Shown here: positions 10,238-18,259 of the stretch, piece by piece
Layout of the letters: each line of letters starts with the position of its first letter
How positions within the stretch are numbered: the stretch's first letter is position 1
Origin: a virus
Taxonomy: Duplodnaviria > Heunggongvirae > Uroviricota > Caudoviricetes
Direction: 5' to 3' (one strand)
Length of the DNA stretch: 30,862 bases
Virus record (IMG/VR): IMGVR_UViG_3300042398_001452
Program-made: the position numbers and the translations under genes
The notes under the pieces: generated by a model
Told to the model about the DNA's origin: nothing
Databases searched by the model: none
The model's input: only the letters and a program-made list of their open reading frames with translations

Positions 10238-10843
10238 ATGAATAGGATTAAAAACTTTAAGGAATTTTCATCCATTAACGAAGCAGAAGATGAGAGTCTT
10301 TTTTTCAGAAGGCATTTAGGAAACAATGCTTCCAGTTATGATGATAGAGCTAAAAACCATTATGAATTGGGGGATAATCCAACTGTATTGGCTAAGACTA
10401 GAAACTTTTTCCAAAAAATGGAAAATAGAATAAACAGAGCAGCAGAGATAGGTAAGGCAAAGGTAAGACAAAACAGAGCTACTAGAACTCACGGAGGACC
10501 TGATACTGGTGTAGAGATCCTTTTTGGAGCTCTTTCTGTTGTACCTAACGTTTTAAAAAGAGTATTTGCTCCAACTAAATATGAGTTTAGTAAAAAAGCG
10601 CCATCAGAAGAAACTGTTGATATTGAATTTATGAGACACACAAATGAGGATTTTGCTAACAATGAGCTTCCTAATATAAAAACTGAAGATCAATTAGCAG
10701 ATCACGTTGGAGATCTTTATAATAGAGGTGAGGTAAGAATGGGAGAAGTCCCTGTGTTAGATGATATTGTTAGAAATAGAGTTAACATATATTATCAAAA
10801 CCAAGCAAATCCTAATAATCCTATATTACAACCAAATAATTAA
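10238..10843 (+). CDS. Hypothetical protein with capsid-targeting-like N-terminus (putative internal head protein)
   Basis: Begins MNRIKNFKEFSSINE-A, resembling T4 internal-protein leaders. ATG 10238 preferred to TTG 10235. Confidence 0.6.
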   Translation: MNRIKNFKEFSSINEAEDESLFFRRHLGNNASSYDDRAKNHYELGDNPTVLAKTRNFFQKMENRINRAAEIGKAKVRQNRATRTHGGPDTGVEILFGALSVVPNVLKRVFAPTKYEFSKKAPSEETVDIEFMRHTNEDFANNELPNIKTEDQLADHVGDLYNRGEVRMGEVPVLDDIVRNRVNIYYQNQANPNNPILQPNN

Positions 10844-10849
10844 TAAAAA

Positions 10850-11698
10850 ATGAAAAAATTCTCTTTAATAGTAGAAAAAAAGAAACAAGAGCTAAAAGAA
10901 AACCAAACGGTAAACGAGAGAAATCTTTATTTAGATTTTTCTAAAAAATACCATAAGAAAAATGGTGTATCTGGACCTTTTGATAAAAAATTCCAAGGCG
11001 ATAAGAAAGCTCAGCAAAAATACATGGACGGACTTTCTAAAGCTTGGGAAGATCACAAGAAAAAAAATGGTATAAAGCCAAAGTCTAGCAGCTCTAAATT
11101 TGATTTCGCTAAGAAAAAAATGAACGAATCAAAGGCGGTAGAAATGGCTAAAAACATGATTGGTGATGGTGGAGATCCTAATTATCATTTCGTTACTATG
11201 TGTGATGACTATTACTTCGAAAAGGGAGAGGAGATGGTAAGATATAGTAAGGATATGGGATCTTCTCCTCTAAAAATTAAAACAACACCAGATTTCGGAG
11301 CTTATACTTTCGGACCATTTGCAAATATTGAGGAATCAAAAATGTTTGCTGCAAGTATAGAATTGGACGAGATAAACGGACCAAGAATGATAACTATCGA
11401 GGACAGAAAAAACGGTGAAGTTTATTCTAAATTCTTAACTTGTAAAATGCAACCAGTATGGAATGAGATCGAAGAGGAAGAAGAACATCACTCAGAGGAG
11501 GAAGATGAAGAGGATGAAGATCCTAATTCTGAATACACATACGGAGAAGAGACTGAGGATGATTATGATAAATCAGAACATGACGAAGAGGATGACGAAG
11601 AAGGAGGAGAGTATTATGCTAATTTCGCTCCTGAAGATCAAGAGGGTTCAGATATAAATGCAGAAGACGAAGAAGACGAAGAAGACGACGAGGAATAA
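10850..11698 (+). CDS. Hypothetical protein with basic N-half and very acidic C-terminal tail (possible prohead core/internal protein)
   Basis: MKKFSLIVE start, several xNE/xKE sites (LKE, VNE, MNES) and an about 75-residue D/E-rich tail. Confidence 0.55.
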   Translation: MKKFSLIVEKKKQELKENQTVNERNLYLDFSKKYHKKNGVSGPFDKKFQGDKKAQQKYMDGLSKAWEDHKKKNGIKPKSSSSKFDFAKKKMNESKAVEMAKNMIGDGGDPNYHFVTMCDDYYFEKGEEMVRYSKDMGSSPLKIKTTPDFGAYTFGPFANIEESKMFAASIELDEINGPRMITIEDRKNGEVYSKFLTCKMQPVWNEIEEEEEHHSEEEDEEDEDPNSEYTYGEETEDDYDKSEHDEEDDEEGGEYYANFAPEDQEGSDINAEDEEDEEDDEE

Positions 11699-11703
11699 TA
11701 AAC

Positions 11704-12147
11704 ATGTTAAATCCGATACAAAACCAAGCTCTTTATCCTGTGCTTCAACACTATACTGGATGTAAGATATCTTCTATATCTCCTGAGGGTGATGTGTTAA
11801 CATTCAGGACTTTTATGGGGGATCTTGGTATAGTTAGTGAGGATATGGAGGGTAACTGGAATATAACTATAGGAGAAGAGGAGATTTACAAAATTGAGAG
11901 GGATATATTCAATGTATTAATAAAGCCTAATAGTAAATCATCATTGGAAGATTATATAGAGATATTAAACGAGTTAACTAATAGCCCGGAGGTTAGCTAT
12001 AGATCTAAAATTTTGGTTTCTAATATACTTATATTTTTACAAGAATATATATTAAACTCTGATTTCCTACCTAAGAAAAATATAAAAGTTGGTATATTTT
12101 CAGTTTCAAATCTAAAGGGTAAAAAATTCATTAACTGTTTAAACTAA
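11704..12147 (+). CDS. Hypothetical protein
   Basis: 147-aa ORF whose stop overlaps the next start (TAATG). Confidence 0.6.
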   Translation: MLNPIQNQALYPVLQHYTGCKISSISPEGDVLTFRTFMGDLGIVSEDMEGNWNITIGEEEIYKIERDIFNVLIKPNSKSSLEDYIEILNELTNSPEVSYRSKILVSNILIFLQEYILNSDFLPKKNIKVGIFSVSNLKGKKFINCLN

Positions 12148-14153
12148 TGGCAGGTATAAAATACTTATCGGACATATACGAAAAAAAAGGAAAATCTTTT
12201 ATTGAGAGCCTTTTTAATAAGGAAGTAACCGTAACGGAGAATCTTGATGGTTCTTCATTCTCTTTTGAAAGAGATTTTACTGGAGACAACATATCTTTTT
12301 ACAAAAAAGATCAGGATAATCCTATAACTAGAGTTGATAGGATATTAATGAAATATTACGAGAAGCCTATAAATTATATAGAGGCACTTCCTGATGAAAT
12401 AAAAAGCCAAATACCTAAAGGATGGAGATTCGGTATGGCTTATTTTCCTTCAACAAAACCGGTAAGAATAGAATATGATAGAATACCAAAAAATCATTTG
12501 ATATTAACTCATATAATATCAAGAGATGAATTTGGTGACGTTATTAAAAATATACAGGATAAGGAAGAGCTTGATGAATGGGCAGATAAACTAGGAGTTG
12601 AAAGATCACCTGTAATATTCCAGGGAAAATTAAATAGAGATCAGAAAATATCAATAATGGATTTCTTATCCACTCCATTGATGGATCTTAAAAGCAAATT
12701 TAAAACCGAGAGTTTTACTAAATATATAGTTTCTATTTTAAACAGAAATCTAGAAAAAACAACTCTGGGAAATGATTTAAGGGGAAGCATAGATTCTTTA
12801 GTTTTTAGATTTGAATCTGATGACGAGGAAGAGGTGGTTCTAGCAAAAATGGTAGACCCTATATTTTACGAAATAAATAGGGAAAGAAAAGTAACCAAGT
12901 CTTCATATTTTCCTAGTGATGTTTATTCTCTATGTTTAATAGACGTTATGAATATGATACTGGAGGATGGGATAGAAAGCTTTTCTTCAGAGGGAGAAGA
13001 TCCAGAGGAGAGGTATATAAATTTCGTTTTTTCAGTATTTAAGAAATTTATATACGAAGACGGAGAAAAATATGTTGGTGCAGATTTCGAGAAGCCTGAA
13101 TATTTAAAATCAGAGGGGTTTGAAATAAACAAGGATATAATTAACGATTCGGAGGTAATAAAATATCTGGAGGACGATGAGATTTATATTGATATACTTC
13201 AAATGATATTAAACTCATTTAGAAAACTAAAAAGAAAACCACACGGATTTTTTACTGAAGGACTTATAGAGCAGTTCAATATGCTCGTTGAGGATATAGC
13301 TTCTCATATAAATGCAAAGAGGAAAGAAATAGTTGAAGAATCTTTAGGCCTACCATCATTTGTTTGGTTTAAAAAAGTTGGTAGGAGATTCAGCATAGAG
13401 GTTAATGAGGAGGAAGAAATTGAGGAATATTTAGAATCATTAGAAGATAAAAACGAATCCCCTGTATCCGAGTCAATAAACGAAAGTTCCCAAGCAGAAA
13501 TAGAAGAAAAAAAAGAGGATGATGCTTCTGAGTTTTTCTCTTTTAAAGATTTTAAAAAAGTAGTATCAACTCATAAGGAGAAAAAAAAGATTAAGATACT
13601 TAATGAAAATAATCAGAAAGTAAATTTAGTGATAGGAAAATTTCAGCCATTTAATAATGGGCATCTTAAAATGTGCTCGAGATTAAAGAAAGAAAATAAT
13701 CTTCCCGTTTTTCTTTGTGTAGTTCATCCAGGTGGAAGTCAAAGCTTAAAATATCCTTTCAGCGAGGATCTTATAAGAAAATCTATAGGATCTCTAACAT
13801 CAGAGAATAATAATCTTTTTCATGGATATGAAATAATACCATCAGATCTTTTAGAGGATGCAATAAATTCTGTGGTTAAGCATGCTAATCCTGTTTCAGT
13901 TTGTATAGGTGAGAGGGATTTCAAAAACATGGTTTTACAAAGAGAATGGGTTAGAGACAAATATGATCTAGAGGGAGGAGATATAGAAATATACAAAACT
14001 CCTCAATGGGCAAACAATAAAGATATTAGAGATTATGTAATAAAAGGTGACTTTCAAGAATTTAAAAGTAAAGTACCTAAATCTATAGCAGTTTTATTTG
14101 GCGAGTTTACTAAACAACTTAAGAATAAAGAGGGGGAAGAGGATATATATTAA
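12147..14153 (+). CDS. Fusion of an RNA-ligase-like nucleotidyltransferase domain and a cytidyltransferase/NMNAT-like (HxGH) domain, both with degenerate motifs
   Basis: VTENLDGSSFSF occupies ligase motif I (normally EKxDG), with PVIFQG and LAKMVD downstream. The C-terminal IGKFQPFNNGHLK matches GRFQPFHxGH. An acidic linker separates the domains. Confidence 0.7.
   Translation: MAGIKYLSDIYEKKGKSFIESLFNKEVTVTENLDGSSFSFERDFTGDNISFYKKDQDNPITRVDRILMKYYEKPINYIEALPDEIKSQIPKGWRFGMAYFPSTKPVRIEYDRIPKNHLILTHIISRDEFGDVIKNIQDKEELDEWADKLGVERSPVIFQGKLNRDQKISIMDFLSTPLMDLKSKFKTESFTKYIVSILNRNLEKTTLGNDLRGSIDSLVFRFESDDEEEVVLAKMVDPIFYEINRERKVTKSSYFPSDVYSLCLIDVMNMILEDGIESFSSEGEDPEERYINFVFSVFKKFIYEDGEKYVGADFEKPEYLKSEGFEINKDIINDSEVIKYLEDDEIYIDILQMILNSFRKLKRKPHGFFTEGLIEQFNMLVEDIASHINAKRKEIVEESLGLPSFVWFKKVGRRFSIEVNEEEEIEEYLESLEDKNESPVSESINESSQAEIEEKKEDDASEFFSFKDFKKVVSTHKEKKKIKILNENNQKVNLVIGKFQPFNNGHLKMCSRLKKENNLPVFLCVVHPGGSQSLKYPFSEDLIRKSIGSLTSENNNLFHGYEIIPSDLLEDAINSVVKHANPVSVCIGERDFKNMVLQREWVRDKYDLEGGDIEIYKTPQWANNKDIRDYVIKGDFQEFKSKVPKSIAVLFGEFTKQLKNKEGEEDIY
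14142..14149 (+). promoter_or_regulatory. Putative late-type promoter motif GATATATA
   Basis: In the last codons of the upstream gene, 22 nt before ATG 14172, at the head of a run containing tagged genes. Confidence 0.45.
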
Positions 14154-14171
14154 AAAAGATTCCTTCTTTTT

Positions 14172-14441
14172 ATGAAGAAATACAGCCATATAAAGGACAA
14201 TAGCAATAAATACGATCTATCCAATAGTAAGAGGCTGTTAGAGGAAGCTATGGACAAAATAAGATCCGTTAGAGAAGAGTTTTCTAAGATGGAGGATATT
14301 GATATAGATGAGCTGGAGGAAGGATGGAATCTTATAGATAAATACTATGGTAATATTGTTAGAGGAGAGATATTCAAAAAGAAAAAGAAAGTATACATCC
14401 CTAATACATCCGCAGTTTTTCCAAAAAAAGGAGATAGTTAA
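14172..14441 (+). CDS. Small hypothetical protein
   Basis: 89-aa helical ORF in operon-like packing. Confidence 0.55.
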   Translation: MKKYSHIKDNSNKYDLSNSKRLLEEAMDKIRSVREEFSKMEDIDIDELEEGWNLIDKYYGNIVRGEIFKKKKKVYIPNTSAVFPKKGDS

Positions 14442-14444
14442 GTT

Positions 14445-14981
14445 ATGAGATATATTAAATTATTTGAGCAGTTTTTATTAGAAGAAGATGGATTCGGAAG
14501 GGACTTTTTTGCTAAGAAGAAGGACGGAAAAGTTTCTAAATACTTTTTTAAAATAGAGGGGGAGGAAGAGACCCTAGGTTTTATTATAAATATTGGTAAA
14601 CTTTCCAGAGGATCATCAATAGACGAAGCAGAAAATAGCTATTCTGTTATATCTTCTGAACCTATAAGAGTTAGTACACTTGATGACTATTTAGTTAATG
14701 AAACTGACTATAAATCAAGAGAGGATGAAGAATTTTCCCTCACTAAATCTGAATTTATGAGATTCTATAAAATATTAAGTGAATCCATAAAAGACTATCT
14801 ACAGAATAATCCTAAGGTTTCTAAAATGTATGATGAGATACCTCTTAACTTGGATATGGAACTTTCTGAATACCAGGATAGGGTAGAATCATTAATGGAT
14901 GAATGGAGCTACGAAAAATGGAGTGTACAAGATGGTTCTTCAGAAAGAACACTTATGTATACTAGAAGGGATCATGACTAA
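14445..14981 (+). CDS. Hypothetical protein with capsid-targeting-like N-terminus
   Basis: Begins MRYIKLFEQFLLE-E. Confidence 0.6.
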   Translation: MRYIKLFEQFLLEEDGFGRDFFAKKKDGKVSKYFFKIEGEEETLGFIINIGKLSRGSSIDEAENSYSVISSEPIRVSTLDDYLVNETDYKSREDEEFSLTKSEFMRFYKILSESIKDYLQNNPKVSKMYDEIPLNLDMELSEYQDRVESLMDEWSYEKWSVQDGSSERTLMYTRRDHD

Positions 14982-15291
14982 TAAGATACTTTCATATAAT
15001 GAATTTATAAATGAATCTAGAATTGCAATAGCTTGGGCAAAACCTTCTAGATCTACTATTTCTGTTTTACAGTTCATATCAGAAAAAGAAAAAGTTACCA
15101 AAAAAGAATTAATGGAATTCTTGGAAGGTATGGAAGAAGATTCATCAGGAAAAAAACCATCGATGAGATGGGTAAGTAATCAAAAAAAATACATAAAGTA
15201 TAAAGTTCAAGAGGAAGATGCTAATTACTATCATTTAACCCCCCTTGGAAATAGAGTATTAAAGGCATCTATACTGGAGGAATCCAAATAA
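14974..15291 (+). CDS. Winged-helix-like protein with capsid-targeting-like N-terminus
   Basis: From ATG 14974: MTNKILSYNEFINE-S, then VLQFISEKEKVTKKELMEFL...YYHLTPLGNRVL (wHTH wing LTxxG). The track start at 14899 overlaps the upstream gene extensively and is unlikely. Confidence 0.6.
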   Translation: MTNKILSYNEFINESRIAIAWAKPSRSTISVLQFISEKEKVTKKELMEFLEGMEEDSSGKKPSMRWVSNQKKYIKYKVQEEDANYYHLTPLGNRVLKASILEESK

Positions 15292-15314
15292 ATTGCTTAA
15301 AAACGTGCTTAAAT

Positions 15315-15341
15315 GAAACATTTTATTAATTTTACAGTAAA
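15315..15341 (+). promoter_or_regulatory. Putative early/middle promoter GAAAC-N17-TAAAA
   Basis: Intergenic; GAAAC at 15315-15319, TAAAA at 15337, upstream of ATG 15360. Confidence 0.5.
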
Positions 15342-15359
15342 ATAGTAAAACAATATAAA

Positions 15360-15539
15360 ATGGAAAATTACGAAAAAATCAAGGAATTGGTAGAAAGCAT
15401 GTCTAAAGACATCGAAGCTTTTTACGTTAAAGGTAACAAGTCTGCTGGTACACGTGTAAGAACAGCTTGTCAAGATCTTAAAAAATTATCTCAAGATCTA
15501 AGAGTTAATGTTCAAGAAACTAAAAACACAAAAGCCTAA
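15360..15539 (+). CDS. Histone H1-like (Hc1 family, Bacteroidota type) small protein; missed by the ORF track
   Basis: Manual translation, 59 aa: MENYEKIKELVESMSKDIEAFYVKGNKSAGTRVRTACQDLKKLSQDLRVNVQETKNTKA. The FY.KGNK.AGTR.R motif is characteristic of the family. Confidence 0.85.
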   Translation: MENYEKIKELVESMSKDIEAFYVKGNKSAGTRVRTACQDLKKLSQDLRVNVQETKNTKA

Positions 15540-15544
15540 TCTTT

Positions 15545-15775
15545 ATGAGTTATTATATTTGTAAAGTTAGCTTTTTTACCGGAGAGGTATCTAAAAGTAC
15601 TGGTAAGGCTAAAGCATCTAAATCTGAGATATTAGTAGAAGCTGAAAGTGTAACTGATGCAGAAGCAACACTCCATAAGCATTTAGCTGGGGATAATTCG
15701 ACTTCTCATTTAGATTTTGAAGTTACTGCAGTAGCTCAGTCTAAAATCGAGTCTGTAGTACAGATCAGAGGATAA
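15545..15775 (+). CDS. DUF4494-like small protein
   Basis: YYICKV...GK.K...EILVEAESVTDAEA...FEVTAV..SKIESV matches my recollection of the Bacteroidota DUF4494 pattern. Confidence 0.7.
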   Translation: MSYYICKVSFFTGEVSKSTGKAKASKSEILVEAESVTDAEATLHKHLAGDNSTSHLDFEVTAVAQSKIESVVQIRG

Positions 15776-15792
15776 TAAAAATTCTTTTATTT

Positions 15793-15828
15793 AATCCCGG
15801 TAGATATATAATTTACCGGGATTTTTTT
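15793..15828 (+). terminator. Rho-independent terminator with a late-type promoter motif in its loop
   Basis: Perfect 10-bp stem AATCCCGGTA (15793-15802) / TACCGGGATT (15814-15823), loop GATATATAATT, followed by a T-run. Confidence 0.85.
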
Positions 15829-15849
15829 ATCCCATTAATAATAGATCTA

Positions 15850-16026
15850 ATGGAAAAAGATAGAAAAAAAAATTCTGCAGAAACCAGCTCATATGAGCCA
15901 CCAGTTTCACCAGTAAAAATACCTGACGGAGATACTGGGTTCAATCTTGTTAAAAATAATTATAGGAGATTTATATGGACATGGAATGAATATATAAAGA
16001 AAAAACCAAAATTCCAAAAAACTTAA
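15850..16026 (+). CDS. Small hypothetical protein, 58 aa; missed by the ORF track
   Basis: Manual translation: MEKDRKKNSAETSSYEPPVSPVKIPDGDTGFNLVKNNYRRFIWTWNEYIKKKPKFQKT. It fills the gap and ends 6 nt before the next ATG. Confidence 0.6.
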   Translation: MEKDRKKNSAETSSYEPPVSPVKIPDGDTGFNLVKNNYRRFIWTWNEYIKKKPKFQKT

Positions 16027-16032
16027 TTATTT

Positions 16033-16368
16033 ATGCCAGCTGTATCTAGAACACAACAGAGATTAATGGGACAGGCTTACGGTGTTCGTAAGTGGATGGA
16101 TACTGACGGTAAGGAGGGATTAAATCCTAGAAGGATAGATTCAGCATATAGAGAAACTATTGTTGATCTTGCAAATAATATGAAAAAGAAATCACTTAAA
16201 GATTTTGCAGGAACTAAGCATAAAAATATACCAGAAGAAGTCGAAGAAGGAAAAATACCAACAATAATTCCATATCTTAATCCCGAATCAAATTTACCAA
16301 GGAAGAGTAAAAGTAAAAAGATGCAAAATCTTTCTGATTACAGGGAGTTTATAGGTAAAAAGAAATAA
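16033..16368 (+). CDS. DUF3008-like small basic protein
   Basis: MPAVSRTQQRLMGQA...A..MKKKSLKDFAGTKHKNIPE resembles the MPAKSKAQQ...LxxFAxTKxKxLP family. It has a C-terminal extension ending LSDYREFIGKKK. Confidence 0.7.
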   Translation: MPAVSRTQQRLMGQAYGVRKWMDTDGKEGLNPRRIDSAYRETIVDLANNMKKKSLKDFAGTKHKNIPEEVEEGKIPTIIPYLNPESNLPRKSKSKKMQNLSDYREFIGKKK

Positions 16369-16377
16369 ATTATAAAT

Positions 16378-16845
16378 ATGAGTGAAGATTGCGGATGTGG
16401 ATCAACCACAGATAACATTAGAGACTACAATTCACATAGATCTAACAAATATGATCAGGATCCTCTAGTAGGTAAAAGAGTATCATTAATAGACGGAAGA
16501 AGCGGAAGAGTTGACGACTCTATTAGAAATAGTGTTGGTGAAGTTATTGGATATGTTATAGAGGGTGAGAGAGGAATGTATAGGGTATTCAAAGATAAGA
16601 TAGCAGGAGATATGGACGAGGGTGGAGGAGCAATGGCTTCTCTAGCAGGAACACCAGGAATGGGTAATGTTGTTCCTCCTGGACCAGGAAGAACTGGATC
16701 CGGTGATCAGTTTCCCAGCTTAACAGTAGGAACTCCCGCTGCCAAAAAGAAAAAGAAAAAGGTATCAAAAGAAAATCCTAGTCCAATAAGTAATTCATTA
16801 ATGAGTTTTAAAACATTTATGAAGAATACTAAATCTAACCAGTAG
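16378..16845 (+). CDS. Hypothetical protein (small SH3/KOW-like beta domain plus G/P-rich segment)
   Basis: LVGKRVSLIDGRSGRV beta pattern, TPGMGNVVPP..GSGD segment, poly-K, and C-terminal LMSFKTFMK. Confidence 0.55.
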   Translation: MSEDCGCGSTTDNIRDYNSHRSNKYDQDPLVGKRVSLIDGRSGRVDDSIRNSVGEVIGYVIEGERGMYRVFKDKIAGDMDEGGGAMASLAGTPGMGNVVPPGPGRTGSGDQFPSLTVGTPAAKKKKKKVSKENPSPISNSLMSFKTFMKNTKSNQ

Positions 16846-16898
16846 ATTATATTTTTAAAAATAGTAGAACTAAGGCTATAATTTATTAATTTAGCTTA

Positions 16899-17285
16899 GT
16901 GGAAAAAATTAATATAATACAAGAGGAATACTCTAATGATCCTTGGAAAGTTCTAGTTTGCTGTATATTGCTAAATCAAACTAGCAATAAACAGGTAAGA
17001 CCTTTAATACAAGATTTTTTTAAGAAGTGGCCAAATCCTAAATCTTTATTGTTAGAAGAGGATTCTGTCATTTCTTATTTTATAAGGACTACAGGATTTC
17101 AAAACGTAAAAGCCAAGAGGATAAAAGATTTTTCTTTATCATGGGATTCCGGTATTAGAGATCCTTTTAAATTTCCAGGTATAGGTGATTATGGTAGGGA
17201 AGCTTGGAGAATCTTTGTTCAGAATGATATTTCTTTTACACCAAACGACAAAAAGCTTAAAATGTATTTAGAATCGATTCGGTAA
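16899..17285 (+). CDS. Stand-alone HhH-GPD DNA glycosylase, MBD4-like
   Basis: DPWKVLVCCILLNQTS, FFKKWPNP, KAKRIKDFS, HhH FPGIGDYGREAWRIF and PNDKKLKMY parallel the MBD4 catalytic domain (DPWKLLI..IFLNRTS / GIGKYG..SYRIF / PEDHKLNKY). No Fe-S cysteines. GTG start. Confidence 0.85.
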   Translation: MEKINIIQEEYSNDPWKVLVCCILLNQTSNKQVRPLIQDFFKKWPNPKSLLLEEDSVISYFIRTTGFQNVKAKRIKDFSLSWDSGIRDPFKFPGIGDYGREAWRIFVQNDISFTPNDKKLKMYLESIR

Positions 17286-17295
17286 TATATACTAC

Positions 17296-17880
17296 ATGAA
17301 TCATTTGCTTAACTTTAATCAGCTTTTTGAAAAACTACAGATGGTTACTTCAAACTGGTCTATTATAAGTAACGAGAGTTCTTTTGAAAAAAAGGATGAT
17401 AACGGATATTTAGTTTTTAGTAAGGAAGGAACATTTTCTATTATATACAAAAAGAAATCGGTACAGGAAGAATCACGAATGGATTTTTATTCTAAGAAAG
17501 AAAATTCAACGGATAAAAAATCTATATGTGAATGTAAGATTACAACATCTTCCGGAATGGATAGAGTAAAAACAGGGTTTCCTGATATAAACGAAAAAAA
17601 TATATGGGAGATAATAACATTATTTTTTGATTACTCAGATATTGACAAGGCTAAGGAAAATTCGTACGATATTTTTTTAATGGGATTTTCTAAGTCCATA
17701 AAGGAAGTACAGAATAGTGAAGAGAAAGATCAGCTTGCACCTAGTTTTATTATTTTCTGTAAGTGTCTAAAAGATGCTGTAAAAAGATCAGGAGAACCTA
17801 ATATTCCGAGTAAGCATTATAATTTAAAAAATGCAGTTAAAAAATTCGTGGATAATTTTAAGGATAATAAAAAATATTAG
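17296..17880 (+). CDS. Hypothetical protein with capsid-targeting-like N-terminus
   Basis: Begins MNHLLNFNQLFE; AATATATA at 17284-17291 lies just upstream. Confidence 0.55.
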   Translation: MNHLLNFNQLFEKLQMVTSNWSIISNESSFEKKDDNGYLVFSKEGTFSIIYKKKSVQEESRMDFYSKKENSTDKKSICECKITTSSGMDRVKTGFPDINEKNIWEIITLFFDYSDIDKAKENSYDIFLMGFSKSIKEVQNSEEKDQLAPSFIIFCKCLKDAVKRSGEPNIPSKHYNLKNAVKKFVDNFKDNKKY

Positions 17881-17898
17881 ATTATATATTTTTTATGA

Positions 17899-18207
17899 TC
17901 ATTTGGATTCCTCCATTCTTTTAAGCTGATTTAAATAGTCATTCCAAACTAGACCACCCTCTTTAATAGATGATTTTTTAGATTTATGTAATTCAGCTCT
18001 TTTTGACATTATATAGGAAGCTATTATCGCATCTTTTAATTCTATTTCTTTTTTATCAAGCATTTCTTGAATTTTCCTTATAGACTTTAAAGCTTCGTCT
18101 CTATTCGAAAATCTTAGTCCCCTGGCATATTTTTTTTCTTTGCTAAAAGGGTTTATATCATTTAGATAAACCTGCTCGAATAATTTAAAGGTTAGAATTT
18201 TTTTCAC
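17899..18207 (-). CDS. Hypothetical protein with capsid-targeting-like N-terminus (the only credible minus-strand gene)
   Basis: Fills a gap with no + strand ORF. GTG start, MKKILTFKLFE, with AATATATA on the minus strand at 18212-18219. Confidence 0.7.
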   Translation of the reverse strand: MKKILTFKLFEQVYLNDINPFSKEKKYARGLRFSNRDEALKSIRKIQEMLDKKEIELKDAIIASYIMSKRAELHKSKKSSIKEGGLVWNDYLNQLKRMEESK

Positions 18208-18211
18208 CTAA

Positions 18212-18254
18212 TATATATTCCTTTTTGAAACCTCTTCCGTTAATAGCTATAAAA
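18212..18254. promoter_or_regulatory. Back-to-back divergent promoters: AATATATA (minus strand) and GAAAC-N18-TAAAA (plus strand)
   Basis: The 52-nt divergent intergenic region contains exactly one copy of each motif, each oriented to its gene (GAAAC 18227-18231, TAAAA 18250). Confidence 0.55.
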
Positions 18255-18259
18255 TAGAT

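Noticed and set aside
13620-14153. NAD-reconstitution (NARP-type) pathway based on the NMNAT-like domain
   Set aside because: No NAMPT-like or PRPP-synthetase-like partner is in the window, and the HxGH motif is degenerate.
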